A DNA stretch of 64,000 nt, taken from positions 7,750,001 through 7,814,000 of the forward strand of contig OX597830.1 of the NCBI GenBank assembly GCA_951406725.2, given 5' to 3'. A model generated the notes under the pieces. That model was not told where the DNA came from. It saw only the letters and a program-made list of their open reading frames with translations, and made no database searches. The number at the start of each line of letters is the position of its first letter. The first letter of the stretch is position 1. Shown one piece after another: positions 40,790 through 54,289 of the stretch. Origin of the DNA: Octopus vulgaris. Taxonomy: Eukaryota. A program made the position numbers and the translations under genes.

Positions 40790-41276
40790 AGGAAAAGTGA
40801 GTTGAGAGGTTAGGAGAGAGAGAGAGAGAGAGGAGAGAGAAAGAAAGAGAGAGGAGGAGAGAAAGTAACTAAAAGAAAAGCGGTGAGCGGGTGAATTGGA
40901 GAGTCTGGTACTAAGAAATATTCTCTCTCTGCGAATGGTGTGTGTGTGTGTGAAATTCATATATACATTATATATATACATATATACATACGTATATATT
41001 ATATATTATTATATTATAATACATATATATTACATGTATTAACATGTAATATATATGTATTATTATATGATAATATATAATATATACGTATGTATATATG
41101 TATATATATAATGTATATATGAATTTCACACACACACACACCATTCGCAGAGAGAGAATATTTCTTAGTACCAGACTCCCCAATTCACCCGCTCACCGCC
41201 TTTCTTTTAGTTGCTTTCTCTCCTCCTCTCTCTCTTTCTTTCTCTCTCTCTCCTAACCTCTCAACTCACTCTTCCT
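40790..41276. repeat. 487-bp near-perfect palindrome (fold-back inverted duplication) with a 4-nt spacer
   Basis: Arms 40790-41037 and 41042-41276 are reverse complements, with a few substitutions and microsatellite length differences; spacer ATTA. Confidence 0.92.
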
Positions 41277-41629
41277 CTCTCTCTCTCCTTCTCTCCTTCT
41301 TTCACATTACTCTCTTCCTCTCCACCGATCTCTGTGTGTCTGTGTGTCTATAAGGAGAGCATTTCGAATAAGGATGTCTTTCTTATATTGCGAACGCAGT
41401 CACGCACCGACGTCCTGATGGATGGCTTTAGCAGTTCGGGTCATTAGCGTCTAATCAAGTGTCAAAAGTTAGCATAATTGCACCTCCACCCCTTGCCACT
41501 ACCCCACCACTACGACCAAAACTACTAACACCACCACCACCACCACCTTCATCATACCACCTCTACTATCTGCATGTCTGCCAGCACCACTACCAACATC
41601 AACCGCCACCGAAACCACTAACACCACTA

Positions 41630-41771
41630 TAATAATCATCATCATCGTTGTCGTCGTCGTCGTCATCGCTGTGATCAGCGTCATCACCGTCATCATCATC
41701 ATCATCATCATCATCACGCAATCATCGCTACGTTCGAAAATCTGCATCATATTCATCATCACCGTCATCAC

Positions 41772-41811
<40 letters not shown>

Positions 41812-41848
41812 GTGGTCGTCGTCGTCGTCATCGCTATCATGATCGTTG

Positions 41849-41911
<63 letters not shown>

Positions 41912-42030
41912 GGTGGTCATCGTTATCGTCGTCGTTGTCGTCATCATCATCATTGTCATCACCATCATCATCAACATCATCATCATCATCATCATCATCA
42001 ACATCATCATCAACACCATCATTTCATCAC
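41630..42030. repeat. (CAT)n/(CGT)n microsatellite region
   Basis: Direct reading. Confidence 0.92.
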
Positions 42031-42109
42031 TATGACCACAGCCATCGTACCGTCGTCATAAATTTTATTGTTGTTGTTGTTTGTGTTGTTGTTGTTTCTC
42101 TCACTGATG

Positions 42110-42265
42110 CGGAGAATTGACCAAATCGTTGGTGCGTCGGACAAATCACTTAACGGCATTTCTTCCGTCTCTTTATGACGAAATAAGTACCAGTTGAGCA
42201 TTGGGGTGAACGTAAGCGACCTTCCATTCGGCCAAGAATCACGGGCCTTGTGCCAAAATTTAGAC
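42110..42265 (+). mobile_element. SINE family B, diverged and deleted
   Basis: aaatcgttgg ... cggcatttcttccgtctc ... aaataagtaccagttgagc ... ggccttgtgccaaaattt. Confidence 0.65.
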
Positions 42266-42269
42266 ACAG

Positions 42270-42333
<64 letters not shown>

Positions 42334-42397
42334 TATCGTCATCGTTGTCATTGTCATCATCATCATCGTCATCATCTTTATCATCGCTATCATCACC

Positions 42398-42720
42398 AGC
42401 CGTGGCCGTGTAGTAAGGAATTCGCTTCACAACCACATAGTTCCAGGTTCAGCCCTACTTGGGCAAATGTCTTCTGCTACAACCCCGGGCTGGCCAAAGA
42501 CGTCTGAGTGGATTTGGTGTGTTTGTGTCGTTGTAGCTCCGTTTTTTCACCAACCACCACTTAAAAACGGTGTTGGTGTGGTTCCGTCTCCTTAACTTAA
42601 CCGCTCGGCAAAAGGGGTCCAATGGAATAAATAGCAGATTTTTTTTTTTAATTAGGCACTGAAGTCGATTCGTATAACTAAATGTCTTAAAGACAGAACC
42701 CCAGCAAGGTCGCAGCAAGA
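42398..42720 (+). mobile_element. SINE family A, diverged
   Basis: gtggccgtgtagtaagg ... GGTTCAGCCC ... ttgggcaaatgtcttctgctac. Confidence 0.72.
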
Positions 42721-42755
42721 TACCAAGGTACCATAGTCTTGCGTTCTAGATACAT

Positions 42756-42827
<72 letters not shown>

Positions 42828-43052
42828 TATATATGTGTGTCTGTGTGTGTGTATAATATTATATATATATATACACATACATGCACATATATATATTTTA
42901 TACACAATTCGCGAGAAAAATATGATTCTCGAAAATTAATTTGATAAGATATTATTGATTCTGTTATCACCTGGAATGACTGATTTAAAAAATGGTAACA
43001 AAATTTATAATATAGGCGATCGCAGACCCAAGAAATACATACATACATACAT

Positions 43053-43153
<101 letters not shown>

Positions 43154-43251
43154 TTAATCCAAACATGAACAAAGAGAAAACGCAACTACGCGAGGACGTG
43201 GAACAAGTATAGCGTTATTGGACGCTCAGGAAAGGAAAGAAAGAAAAAGAA

Positions 43252-43284
43252 TTCAACGTTTCAAGCGGAGCCCATCGTCAGAAA
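43252..43284 (-). ncRNA. Minimal hammerhead ribozyme motif in an (AT)n-adjacent element (about 43151-43300)
   Basis: UUU-CUGACGA-u-GGGC(ucc)GCUU-GAAAC-GUU-GAA; same family as 23124-23156. Confidence 0.65.
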
Positions 43285-43406
43285 CATAGAAAAAGGAAAG
43301 ATATACATCTGTAATTGTAATATTTGACAATTATTCCGCAGCCATGATAAAACTCCGAGTTTCGGATGTCGGGGTGGAATATATATATGTATACACTTTT
43401 ATATAT

Positions 43407-43441
<35 letters not shown>

Positions 43442-44296
43442 CACACATATTTGTATGCTTCTTTATGTATATATGTATGTATGTACGTATGTGTGTGTCT
43501 ATGTTTATGTGTGTGTATATATGTGTATATGTGTGTGTATGTGTGTATAAGATCATGATGGTGTTGGTGATGACTGTTTGATGATGATGAAGATGGTAAT
43601 GATGATCCCCTCCGCTTCAGCGCGCATGCGCGTGTGTGAAGGTGGCGTAGGTTTGGGAATTTGGGGAGACAACGTCCAGATATGATGTATCGTCCATTTT
43701 CTCGGAGATATGGAATCACCCACTCACCTACCCCCGGTCCTTTCTGTCCCACTCTCTTACCCAAATACACCTCCTCAGCCCTCTCTGCGCCCACCCTCCT
43801 TGTCAATTCTCATATATGTATGCGCATACACACAGGGATACAAATACATATACATCATACACACACGTGCAATAATGCATACACGCAATGACATACATAC
43901 ACACATACACACGGACTCTCTCACACACACACACAGACCCTCTCTCTCTCTTTCTCTCTTTTTCTCTTTTTCTCTCTATCTTTCTCTTTCTCGCTTTCTC
44001 TTTCTCTCCCTCTCTCCCTCTCTCTTTCTCTCCTTTATACACACATACACACGCACACAGATACAGCCGGAGACGTCCATAAGTCCATACGCTTAGACAC
44101 AGTTTCGTACACACATGCGGTTGCTCACACACACACACTCACACTCTTAAATGCTTGTAAACATCTATGTATGAGCGTGTGTGTGAGTACGCATGCGTGT
44201 TTATCTGTCTGTCTGTCTGTCTAGTTCTCTATTTAGAATTTTGATAGTCATATTCCTACATATGTACAATGATACGCAACCGCATATGTATCTGTG

Positions 44297-44337
<41 letters not shown>

Positions 44338-44621
44338 GTATGCATGTATGTGTGTATGTTTGAATGTATGCAGAAATACAAAACATGCATACCAGAAGAA
44401 TGTCACTTATCAAAACGTGGGAATACACACATACGCGCGCACACACAAACCCACACGCACACACACACACATATATTTAGATAAGTATACAGACACATGG
44501 TGGGTGTATGTATCCATGCGTTGACTTAAAAGAGACAACACACACGTATGCATGTACATTCATGCACAGACATCCACACATACACCCACTCACACACTCA
44601 CACACTCACACATACACACAC

Positions 44622-44698
<77 letters not shown>

Positions 44699-44784
44699 AT
44701 GTATATATATATAGTGTGGATGTCTGTGCATGAATGTAAATGCATATAGTCAACCATGAGATATATATATATATATATATATAT

Positions 44785-44820
<36 letters not shown>

Positions 44821-45189
44821 AAAAATACATATATATATATATATGCATTCAACCATCTGTGCATCCACATAGATATATACTATACATGTACATGTGTGTA
44901 TAGATCGAGCTGACCTCACAGCTCAGACCATGAAAGGTGCAGTGCTTGGCACACGCAAAACCCTGTTGTGGTACTTCTGAAATCTCGAGTGTTGCGTGTT
45001 ACGAAGTTGACGCACGTGACTGGTTTATTCCGGGGCAGAAGCGTGTTGACGGTTTTGGAAGGAAAAAAATATTCACACGCTCCCGTCCTCCGTCACACGA
45101 ACACTGAGACATGAAACACACGCTTGTAGTTATTTCACTGCTTCCCAGAAATTGAGTAAGAGGAAGAGAAGAATCTTCTCCAACGCAAA

Positions 45190-45320
45190 AACTGGTACTT
45201 TATGTATCGACCACAAAAATATGACAAACAAAACTGACCTCGATAGGATTTGAACTCAGAGCTCCGCAAGTATTTGCGCAACGCAAGTTGTGCGTGGTGT
45301 TCTAACGATTCTGCCAGTTG
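45190..45320 (-). mobile_element. SINE family B, diverged
   Basis: actggtactttatgtatcgacc ... ggatttgaactcaga ... ctaacgattctgccag. Confidence 0.65.
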
Positions 45321-45439
45321 GTTGTGTGGTGTATATATATGTCAGTGTATGAATATAAGCATGACTATGTATGTATGGATTCTATGTTATGTATGTGCGT
45401 GTTTATGTGTGTGCGTGTGTGTGTGTATGTTCTATATCG

Positions 45440-45797
45440 TGGCACTCCGTCGGTTGCGACGACGTGGGTTCCAGTTGATCCGATCAACGGAACAGCCTGC
45501 TCGTGAAATTAACGTGCAAATGACTGAGTACTCCACAGACACGTGTACCCCTTAACGTAGTTCTCGGGGTGTGTGACAAGGCGGACCCTTTGAAATACAG
45601 GTACAACAGAAACAGGAAGAAAGAGTGAGAGAAAGTTGGGGTGAAAGAGTACAGCGGGGTTCGCCACCCCTCACCTTCCTGCCGGAGACTCGTGGAGCTT
45701 TCACTCAATAAACACTCACAACACCCGGTCTAGGAATCGAAACCGCGAACCTACGACCGTGAGTCCGCTGCCCTAACCACTGGGCCATTGCGCCTCC
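45440..45797 (-). mobile_element. SINE family C, full-length
   Basis: Minus strand GGAGGCGCAATGGCCCAGTGGTTAGGG ... GGTTTCGATTCC; same tail as the 18842 copy. Confidence 0.9.
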
Positions 45798-45799
45798 GT

Positions 45800-45855
<56 letters not shown>

Positions 45856-45865
45856 CCTATATATA

Positions 45866-45929
<64 letters not shown>

Positions 45930-45938
45930 GTATGTTTG

Positions 45939-45979
<41 letters not shown>

Positions 45980-46501
45980 GTATATGTTTTCTATATATGT
46001 CTTGTGTATTTGCGTGTCTTTAGTTTGATATAACTTTTACCGTTAAGACATGCTACCGCAACGCCCTCTCAGCTAGCTGAATATTAAATGTCTTTTGTGT
46101 CGTGTCTGTATCTCTCTAAACTTAACTTTACAATATTCTGCTGGTTTATTTTTTTTATTTTCTTCTGAACATGTTACATCATCGAGTTAATGGAGGCTGT
46201 TCGGCTTTCGTTGTTGCCTTAAGCACGTGACTTACCGTCTATATGAATCTGTTTCTTTCCAATGTGTGCAAAATGTAGGAAAACATTAGAAGGAGTAGAT
46301 TTTGAATGAAAAATACATAGAAGTTCGCAGTTAGAGTTTTCCACGGATGTTGTCTCAATGCATAACACTCACCGCAAAAACATATATGTGTGTGTATGTA
46401 TATATACATGCACATACACATAGATAGATAGATAGATAATTACATATAAGGTAGTATGTATACACATATGTTGTGAATTTATGTATCAATCCATTTATAC
46501 A

Positions 46502-46551
<50 letters not shown>

Positions 46552-46638
46552 CATATATATATGTGTGTGTGTGTGTATGTGTGTGTGTGTGAGTGTGTGT
46601 ATGTTTATATATAAAACTATCCATCTATGTAACTTTAT

Positions 46639-46688
<50 letters not shown>

Positions 46689-46741
46689 GGGCATACACAC
46701 ATAGATATATGTGTAAGCATGTCTTTGCTTGTATGCTATGC

Positions 46742-46775
<34 letters not shown>

Positions 46776-46808
46776 TGTGTGTGTGTGCGAGAGAGAGAGA
46801 GAAAGATT

Positions 46809-46868
<60 letters not shown>

Positions 46869-46933
46869 CATGCATACATACATACATACGTAATAGAGAG
46901 ATAGGTTGATAGATGGATAAAAAGACACGTATA

Positions 46934-46969
<36 letters not shown>

Positions 46970-47141
46970 ATGAAAAAATATCAGAAACATTAACAAAAAC
47001 AATAACAATGACGGCCAGATCTGTGTAATGGCATCCTCCATCTTGTTTCTGTCGCGTACGCTTTGGATTTGCGACTTATGGTGAAATGTTGGCCTTAAAT
47101 ACACACGCGCACACACGCGCACACACTCACGTGTGTGCATG

Positions 47142-47206
<65 letters not shown>

Positions 47207-48025
47207 CATGTCTTTCTAATAAATTTCATCCATCCATTTATTTTGGTATTGTATTTTATTCATCTTTTTCATCTTCTTTCCCTTCTTCTTCTTCTTCTTC
47301 TTCTTCTTCTTCTTCTTCTTCTTCTTCTTCTTCTTCTTCTTCTTCTTCTTCTTCTTCTTCTTCTTCTTCTTCTTCTTGTACTACCGAAGACTTTTGCTTG
47401 CCTGATTTCCAGCTTCATCTGGCCGGCCCACCAAATCTCCCGCCTTTCCTAAACTACCCACCTCTCCTTACTATCCCATCCTACACAACGTACGACCCTT
47501 CCAGCCTTGAGACAGCCATGACACTTCTATCAACTAACCTACGTTCTGTGCCATCATTAGCTTAATAAATCTTACTCTCACTCTCTCTCCCCCTTTCTCT
47601 CTCTCTCTCTGGCTTTCACCCTTTCTCTGACTCCGTCTCTGTCTCTTTGATTCTCTCTCTCTCTCTCTCTCACTCTCTCTCTCTCTCTCTGTCTTTCTCT
47701 TTTTCTGTCCCTCTATCTCTCTATCACTTGCTTGCTACACACATATATATATATGTATATACGCACACACAAGCACATATATACATATATAGATAGATAC
47801 ACACGCATATAAAGATATATATATATATATATATATAAATACACACACACACATTTACAATACATGCACACATATGTACGAATATAGTATATATATATGT
47901 ATATGCATATATATATGTATGTGTATATATATATATATATGTACACACACACATATATATATATATATGGATGTTTAGATATAAATATATATAAATATGT
48001 AAGTATATATATGTATATGTGTGTG

Positions 48026-48060
<35 letters not shown>

Positions 48061-48176
48061 ATGTATGTATATATATATATATGCATGTATGCATGTATGT
48101 ATGCATACATCAATATGTGAGTGTGTGCATGCATATGCGTGTGTGTATATATAATGTGTGTATGTATGTAAGTATG

Positions 48177-48236
<60 letters not shown>

Positions 48237-48904
48237 CATTTTTGCATGTATGTATGCAAGTATATATAGAGAGATAGGTAAATATGTGTGTGTGTGTGAG
48301 TGTGTGTCTTTGCGTCTTCGCGTTCTTTATCTGTATTTCTATAGATCTAATTCGTTTTGTTATTTTTTTTACGCCTGCCGAAAGGGGGCGTTCGCGCGTG
48401 TTTCTATGTCGTATTGCAAGAGCGAAGACATTAATTTCGTTGCGTCTTGCCGAACCAAGGAAGATAATTCATTCGAGGTGGCGCAGGCAAACATGGCGGC
48501 CAAGGTCTAATGTGGCGCGCAAACAGTCTTGGCGAGCGTTAACTTAATAAAGATGGACAGGAAAAATTATCCGTGAATTAGTTATTCTATAAAAATATAT
48601 CAAAAATCAGGAGGCGTGTCTTTCTATCCTTATTCACTTTCTCGTTGCTGCATTTTTACCACTTTCTTTCTCGGCATGTGTGTGTGTGTGTGTGTGTGTT
48701 TGTGTATGTGTGTGTGTCTGTGTGTCTGTGTGTGTATGTGTGCGTGCGTGTGTGTGTGTATTTATTTATATCGGGAGAGATAGTTTGATAGCCATACATA
48801 TTACATACACGCACATCCTCATACAATCTTACTAAAACACACACATACACACATATATATATATATATGTACATGTATATGTGTATATATATATACAAAT
48901 AAAT

Positions 48905-49760
48905 TCCTTCTCTTTCATTCGTTATTGCCTTCACACAAACACTCGTTCTCTCCCAATCCTTCATTCACCTTCTCTCCTTCTTACCTTTTGTTCCACTTTC
49001 ACTCTCTCTTTCCTCATACTATCGCCCCATCCAAGTATCGATCTTTATCTAGCAATATCTTATTCTGTATCTATCTCCTTCTCTCTCTTTCTTTCTCTCT
49101 CTTTCTTTCTCTTCCCCCTCTGTCTTCTCTCTCTTTCTTTATTCTCTTGTTCACTCTTCCTAATTCATTCTTCTTAAACTTTTTTTCCTTTTGCTTCTTC
49201 ATTTTCCATCATGACTCCTTCTATTTCTCTCACTCTCGTTATTTTCCTCCTTCTTTTACTGGTTATTCCTTCCACTGTTTGTCAACATCTTTCTTTTTTC
49301 TTTCTTACATCCATCCATTCTTAGATTTCTTACTGATCCTTTTTTCTCCCCTTTTCTCCCTTTCTTCCTTCCTCACACTTTCTCCTTCTCACCCTCTCTC
49401 CATCTTCCTTTTATTCTCCTTCCCTTCCCCCATCGTTTATTTCTCTCTTCCCTTCTTTCCCTCGTCCCATTCTTCGGTTTTTCTCTCATCCCCCTCCACT
49501 CTCTTTCTATTATTCCTTTTCTCTTTCATTCTTCTCCTTATTCCTTCAATATTCCTCATCTTATCTTTACCATTTAACAATGGTGCTGATTCTATCCGTC
49601 TTTTCTGTTCGTGTTTACTAATCATATCCATTTCTTATCATCCAGTTCTGGCGTTGTCTACACTTAAATAACGTTCTCTAAAGAATTATTCCACCATTTT
49701 TCTTCTTGCCTCTTCTTCATCCTCCTACTTCTTCTCCTTCTTCTTCCATCTCACTCCTCG
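48905..49760. repeat. Polypyrimidine low-complexity tract
   Basis: CT-rich; the ORF 48925-49671 is a compositional artefact. Confidence 0.85.
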
Positions 49761-49865
49761 AAACCATTTTGAGGGTTTATATTCAGCATTTGGTCCTCAT
49801 TTCTATTTTCATATTGTTAAAATAATCTATTTCTTTATTTGGTATATACGTATGCACATAACCGT

Positions 49866-50265
49866 CTCGTCTCCCACGGATCATGCTCTACGGAGAACTT
49901 GCAATCGGACCAAGACCCGAAATTCCGTTTTAAAGACCAGGTCAAACGGACCTTGGCTCAAGCTAACATACTGCCATCCTAATCGGAACAGCTTTCCATG
50001 GATAGGACAGCCTGGAGGACAGCTATTCGCAATGGAACCAGCTCCTTCGAACAGAACAGACAAGAGAATGAGGTGGCAAAACGCAAAAGAAGAAAGAAGC
50101 GCCTTCAACATCCTCGACCTGCATCGACCACCCCGTGCGAGCTCTGCGCACGACTCTTTCACCACCGACTTGAACTCCAAAATCACTTTCGGCACAAACA
50201 TCAGTCGAGGACACTGGATGGAAACTGAAGAGCCCAGTGCTCGAATACGTGCTGGAGCCGACGAT
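49866..50265 (+). mobile_element. RTE-clade LINE, 5'-truncated 3' end with a 16-bp TSD
   Basis: RLPRIMLYGELAIG, KFRFKDQVKRTL, DRTAWRTAIRNGTSSFEQNR and the C2H2 finger CELCARLFHHRLELQNHFRHKH. TSD GTATGCA(C/T)ATAACCGT at 49850-49865 and 50266-50281. Confidence 0.9.
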
Positions 50266-51389
50266 GTATGCATATAACCGTTTCCTTATTATCATTTTTT
50301 CATTCTTTTCTCCGGAAGATATGAATAACACATCATTTTAAATTAATTGTCTATATTTCAATAAGAAAATCATATAATAAAGTTGTATTTCATTGAAACA
50401 GCAGTAGAGATTGCATTATGAACTGTAAGTGAAACATATGGTTTTCATTCTCATCCTTCTCTCTCCACCCTCTCTCTCTCTGAATATATATGCGTGCCTG
50501 TCTGTATGTATGTATGTATGTATGTATGTATGTATGTATGTATGTATGTATGTATGTATGTATGTATGTATGTATGTGTGTATGTGTGAATTTTTGTGAG
50601 TGTGTATACATTCTTTTGAACCATATATAATTATATACACATGCTTGTTAATCTACAGTCATTCTCTGAAACGTCAGAGTGCCTAGTTGTTCTTGTTCAT
50701 CATACGATCTATTTGTTTCCTTAGCCTGCCACTATTACTGACTGGGCTAAACATAGAGGTAACGTGACTCACCTCTAGCAACTCCTGTTCTTCCATTACT
50801 ACAGCGATCTTGCCATTTAACACGAGTTGATACGTGGCTAACAAAGAACTTCAATCTTTACGATGCAAATTTCCACTCCAAACTCTGTGCATACATCATA
50901 AACACCATCTACTAAGCTCTGCATCTACAATACACATGAAAACACTTTTTAAGTATATCTCGATAGCATTTAAAGCCAGGACTGAAAGTTACGATGTGAA
51001 AATTGGTCTCTCCAATAGTGTTACTCCTTTAAACTTAGCGGCTATTTACGCAATGCATTCGTGGATGGTTAATGGGTTGGATGGGTGCTGGTGAAGGCAC
51101 CAAAACTCCTGGAATATGGTATATGCACCAATTACTTATTTTTCTATCTTTGATTGCATTGTTTATATAAACATATTCGTATACGACACGTCGTAACTTT
51201 CAATGTTGGTTCTAAATTCTATAGAAATTCTGTAAAGATACACTTTAAAAATGAAAACAACGCACTGTTAATACAAAGTAGGGCACTGTATAGTCTTATG
51301 GACCTTTAATATTCTTGGTAGTATATTATGGTTGCAAAACGAAACGCAGTGCCCCTACAAGCAATTAATAGCGATGTAATTCTCATCAA

Positions 51390-51870
51390 ATAACATTTTC
51401 TCATTAATCTCCATGTGGTATTGGTCTTAGTGTTGAGACATGTCATTTAAAACATCATAACGATGTCCCCATTAAGTGTTGTAGCTATTGCAATATCCCG
51501 TCGCAATCCTCGGTCTTTCCAGTTGATGATTTTTCAGGACCAATAAAGGGCCGAAGAGGACGATCTGTAAACTAAAATGGTGGTAGCTTCTCGGAACTCA
51601 ATGATTAGGGCCTCAATGGAATTTTGTTCCGCTCTTTAATGCTGATTCGATGATTGTCCCATTTTTCTGCTAGGATGATGCGTCCGTATTTCTCGGGTGG
51701 GCTTTCAATGAGGGTGGTACCTTCAGCAATGGGCCAGAAGTTTTGGTCCACATTACGCTTGTTGTAGATAGAGAACATCACAATAATCATCTTTGCATTA
51801 TTTTGAAACAAGCTCTTTAGACGCAGGCAAACCTTCAACGTCCACAGGTGTCATAGTCCATACTGGTATT
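51390..51870 (-). mobile_element. Vingi/Ingi-like LINE, degenerate APE N-terminal remnant
   Basis: Minus strand VDVEGLPASKELVSK*CKDDYCDVLYLQQ, IESPPEKYGRII, IIEFREATTILVYR and GYCNSYNT*WG (cf. NVEG..K..L....CDVLCLQE, ERPH..YGSAIF, GDFNSH...WG). Confidence 0.6.
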
Positions 51871-52070
51871 AAAGCTGGACATGGGCCTCTCTTCCTGCTC
51901 CAAACTTGAGGTTCTTCTGACATCTGTTGAGATTTTAGACATCGTTATTGTTCAACTGAGCAACGAAGTGTTTAGTAGAATTCCCAGGCAATATTTGGTA
52001 TTGCTTGACAGGAATTGCGACGTGAAAGCTTCTGTCTTGATCACCTACACAATAGCAAAATACACCCTAT

Positions 52071-52303
52071 ATATTTCTTTATTGCCTACAGGGGACTACA
52101 CACAGAGGGGACAAACAAGGACAGACAAAAGGATTGAGTCCATTATATCGACCCCAGTGCATAACTGGTACTTATTTAATCGACCTCGAAAGGATGAAAG
52201 GCAAAGTCGACCTCGGCGGAATTTGAACTCAGAACGTAGCGGCAGACGAAATACCGCTAAGCATTTCGCCAAGCGTGCTAACTATTCTGCCAGCTCGCCG
52301 CCC
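52071..52303 (-). mobile_element. SINE family B, young full-length copy
   Basis: Minus strand GGCGGCGAGCTGGCAGAATAGTTAGC ... GAGTTCAAATTCC ... GCCTTTCATCCTTTCGAGGTCGAT. Confidence 0.9.
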
Positions 52304-52318
52304 TAAAATACACATTAT

Positions 52319-52738
52319 AGGCGCAGGTATGGCTGTGTGATAAGGAGTTTTGTTTCCTAACCATATAGTCCCGGGTTTAATCCCACTGCGTGCTATCTTA
52401 TGAAGATTTTTCTCCCTATAGCCTTGGACCGACCAAAGCCTTGTGTGTGGATTTGGTAACCGGAAACTGAAAGAAGCTCGTGATATGTGTGTGCGCGCAC
52501 GCATATCATTGTGTAAATGTTAGTCGCCACCCACCACCGCTTGACAACCGCTGTTGGCGTGTTTAGGTTGATGTAACTTAGCAGTTCAGCAAAAGAGTCC
52601 GATAGAATAGATACCAGGCTTTACAAAAAATTATAAGTATTGGTGGGGGTCAATTCGTTCGACTATAAATTCTTGAAGGCGGTGCTCCAGCATGGCCGCA
52701 GTCTAACGACTGAAACAAGTCAGAAGATAAAAAGGTAA
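52319..52738 (+). mobile_element. SINE family A, full-length
   Basis: AGGCGCAGGTATGGCTGTGTG ... GGTTTAATCCC ... gactgaaacaag. Confidence 0.87.
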
Positions 52739-53797
52739 AAAAGAAAGCTATGTCACCCCCACCCCAACCCTACCTCGTGACCAAAACTACTCAAAATGAC
52801 TTCGTCAACTTCACATTAAAAGTATTCTTTACACAATTCGTCACCTCATATAACTAGCTTCGCCTTATACGACAATATCCTTTATACCACTTCCCCCCGC
52901 CACCTTATACATTATATCGCCGCCCCACCTTCTATAATACTCTACATACGACATACCCCACGACCACCCCCTACAAACACACATTATATTAAGCTAATAA
53001 GCAATTATTTACCAAACACTATTTGTGTTCATATAATTTTGATTTAATTTTTTCTTTCTCTTATCAATTTTTTTAAACTTTATCATATTTCTGTTTGTTT
53101 TATTTATTCATTTATATTTTTCTCTTCGATATTCGGGGTATAAGGGGTGGTGATTTTATCAGGATTTTTACCATTCTTTAGTTTCCGCCTTCTTATGTGG
53201 TGAAATTTTCAATATTTTCTCTACATTCTAAGTTCCATGTTATTTTTGCTAGCCACGACAGAAAATCCGTTGCTATTTTACTGCAGTTCCTATATTTTTT
53301 CTTTTCCTTTTTTCTGTTTTTTTTTTTCTTTTTTTTTTTTTGCTTATTCTCTTTTCATTTTTTTATGCTGTTGTCTTCGATTTCTTGTCGAAGAAGGAAA
53401 AAAAAATCAATATTCCAATTAGTGGCAAGCCCTTCAACAAAAACATTTTTATAACCAGGTGGAATTGGTAAAAGCAAATAAGGAGGGGTTTCGTGTGATG
53501 ATGAAATCTATAGATTTCCGTTTCTCTTCCGTAGACATCGTTAGAGTAAGTACAATATGGCCGTGCAAAAGAAGTAATTGAAAATGATAACAATAATAAT
53601 AATAATGATCATAATAATAATAATAATAATAATAATAATATTAATAATAATAATAATAATAATGATGATGATGATAAAGATGATAGTAATAATAATAATA
53701 GTAGTAGTAGTGATAATAATAATAGTAATAATAATTCTACCAGGAATGAGAAGAAAAAACCTGAGTTAAATCAATATAATACTACTACTACTACTAC

Positions 53798-53920
<123 letters not shown>

Positions 53921-53924
53921 CATT

Positions 53925-54200
53925 GTTTGACAATTATCCCTGTGGTAATTGGTACATTTGGCACAAAATCCAAACTGCTGCAAAAGACACTGAAGAATAT
54001 TGGAATTACGACTCACATTGTCGACCTGCAAAAAATAATAAATAATAAATAAATAAATAAAAAGTGTAATCTTGTATTCTGCAAGAATCCTAAGACACGT
54101 TCTTCAGTTTTGAGATTGCATCTCCCTAAACCTAGAGACAATATCGCTGCTAATTAAGATGGCGTGTAATAGTTACATAATAATAATAATAACAATAATA
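53925..54200 (+). mobile_element. R4/Dong-clade 3' end with a (TAA)n tail
   Basis: TIIPVVIGTFGTKSKLLQKTLKNIGITTHIVDLQK [AT-rich insert] SVILYSARILRHVL*, then a UTR and (TAA)n. Confidence 0.75.
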
Positions 54201-54289
54201 ATAATTATTATTATTATTGTTGTTGTTGTTGTTATTTTAGCACAAATGTAGTAATGTTGCTGGAGCTGCAGTTATGAGTCAAACGTAGA

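Noticed and set aside
49998-50228. Host C2H2 zinc-finger gene
   Set aside because: The single finger is the C-terminus of a TSD-flanked RTE LINE fragment.
50940-51255. Degenerate inverted repeats (possible old MITE)
   Set aside because: The arms are too diverged to define ends or a TSD by eye.
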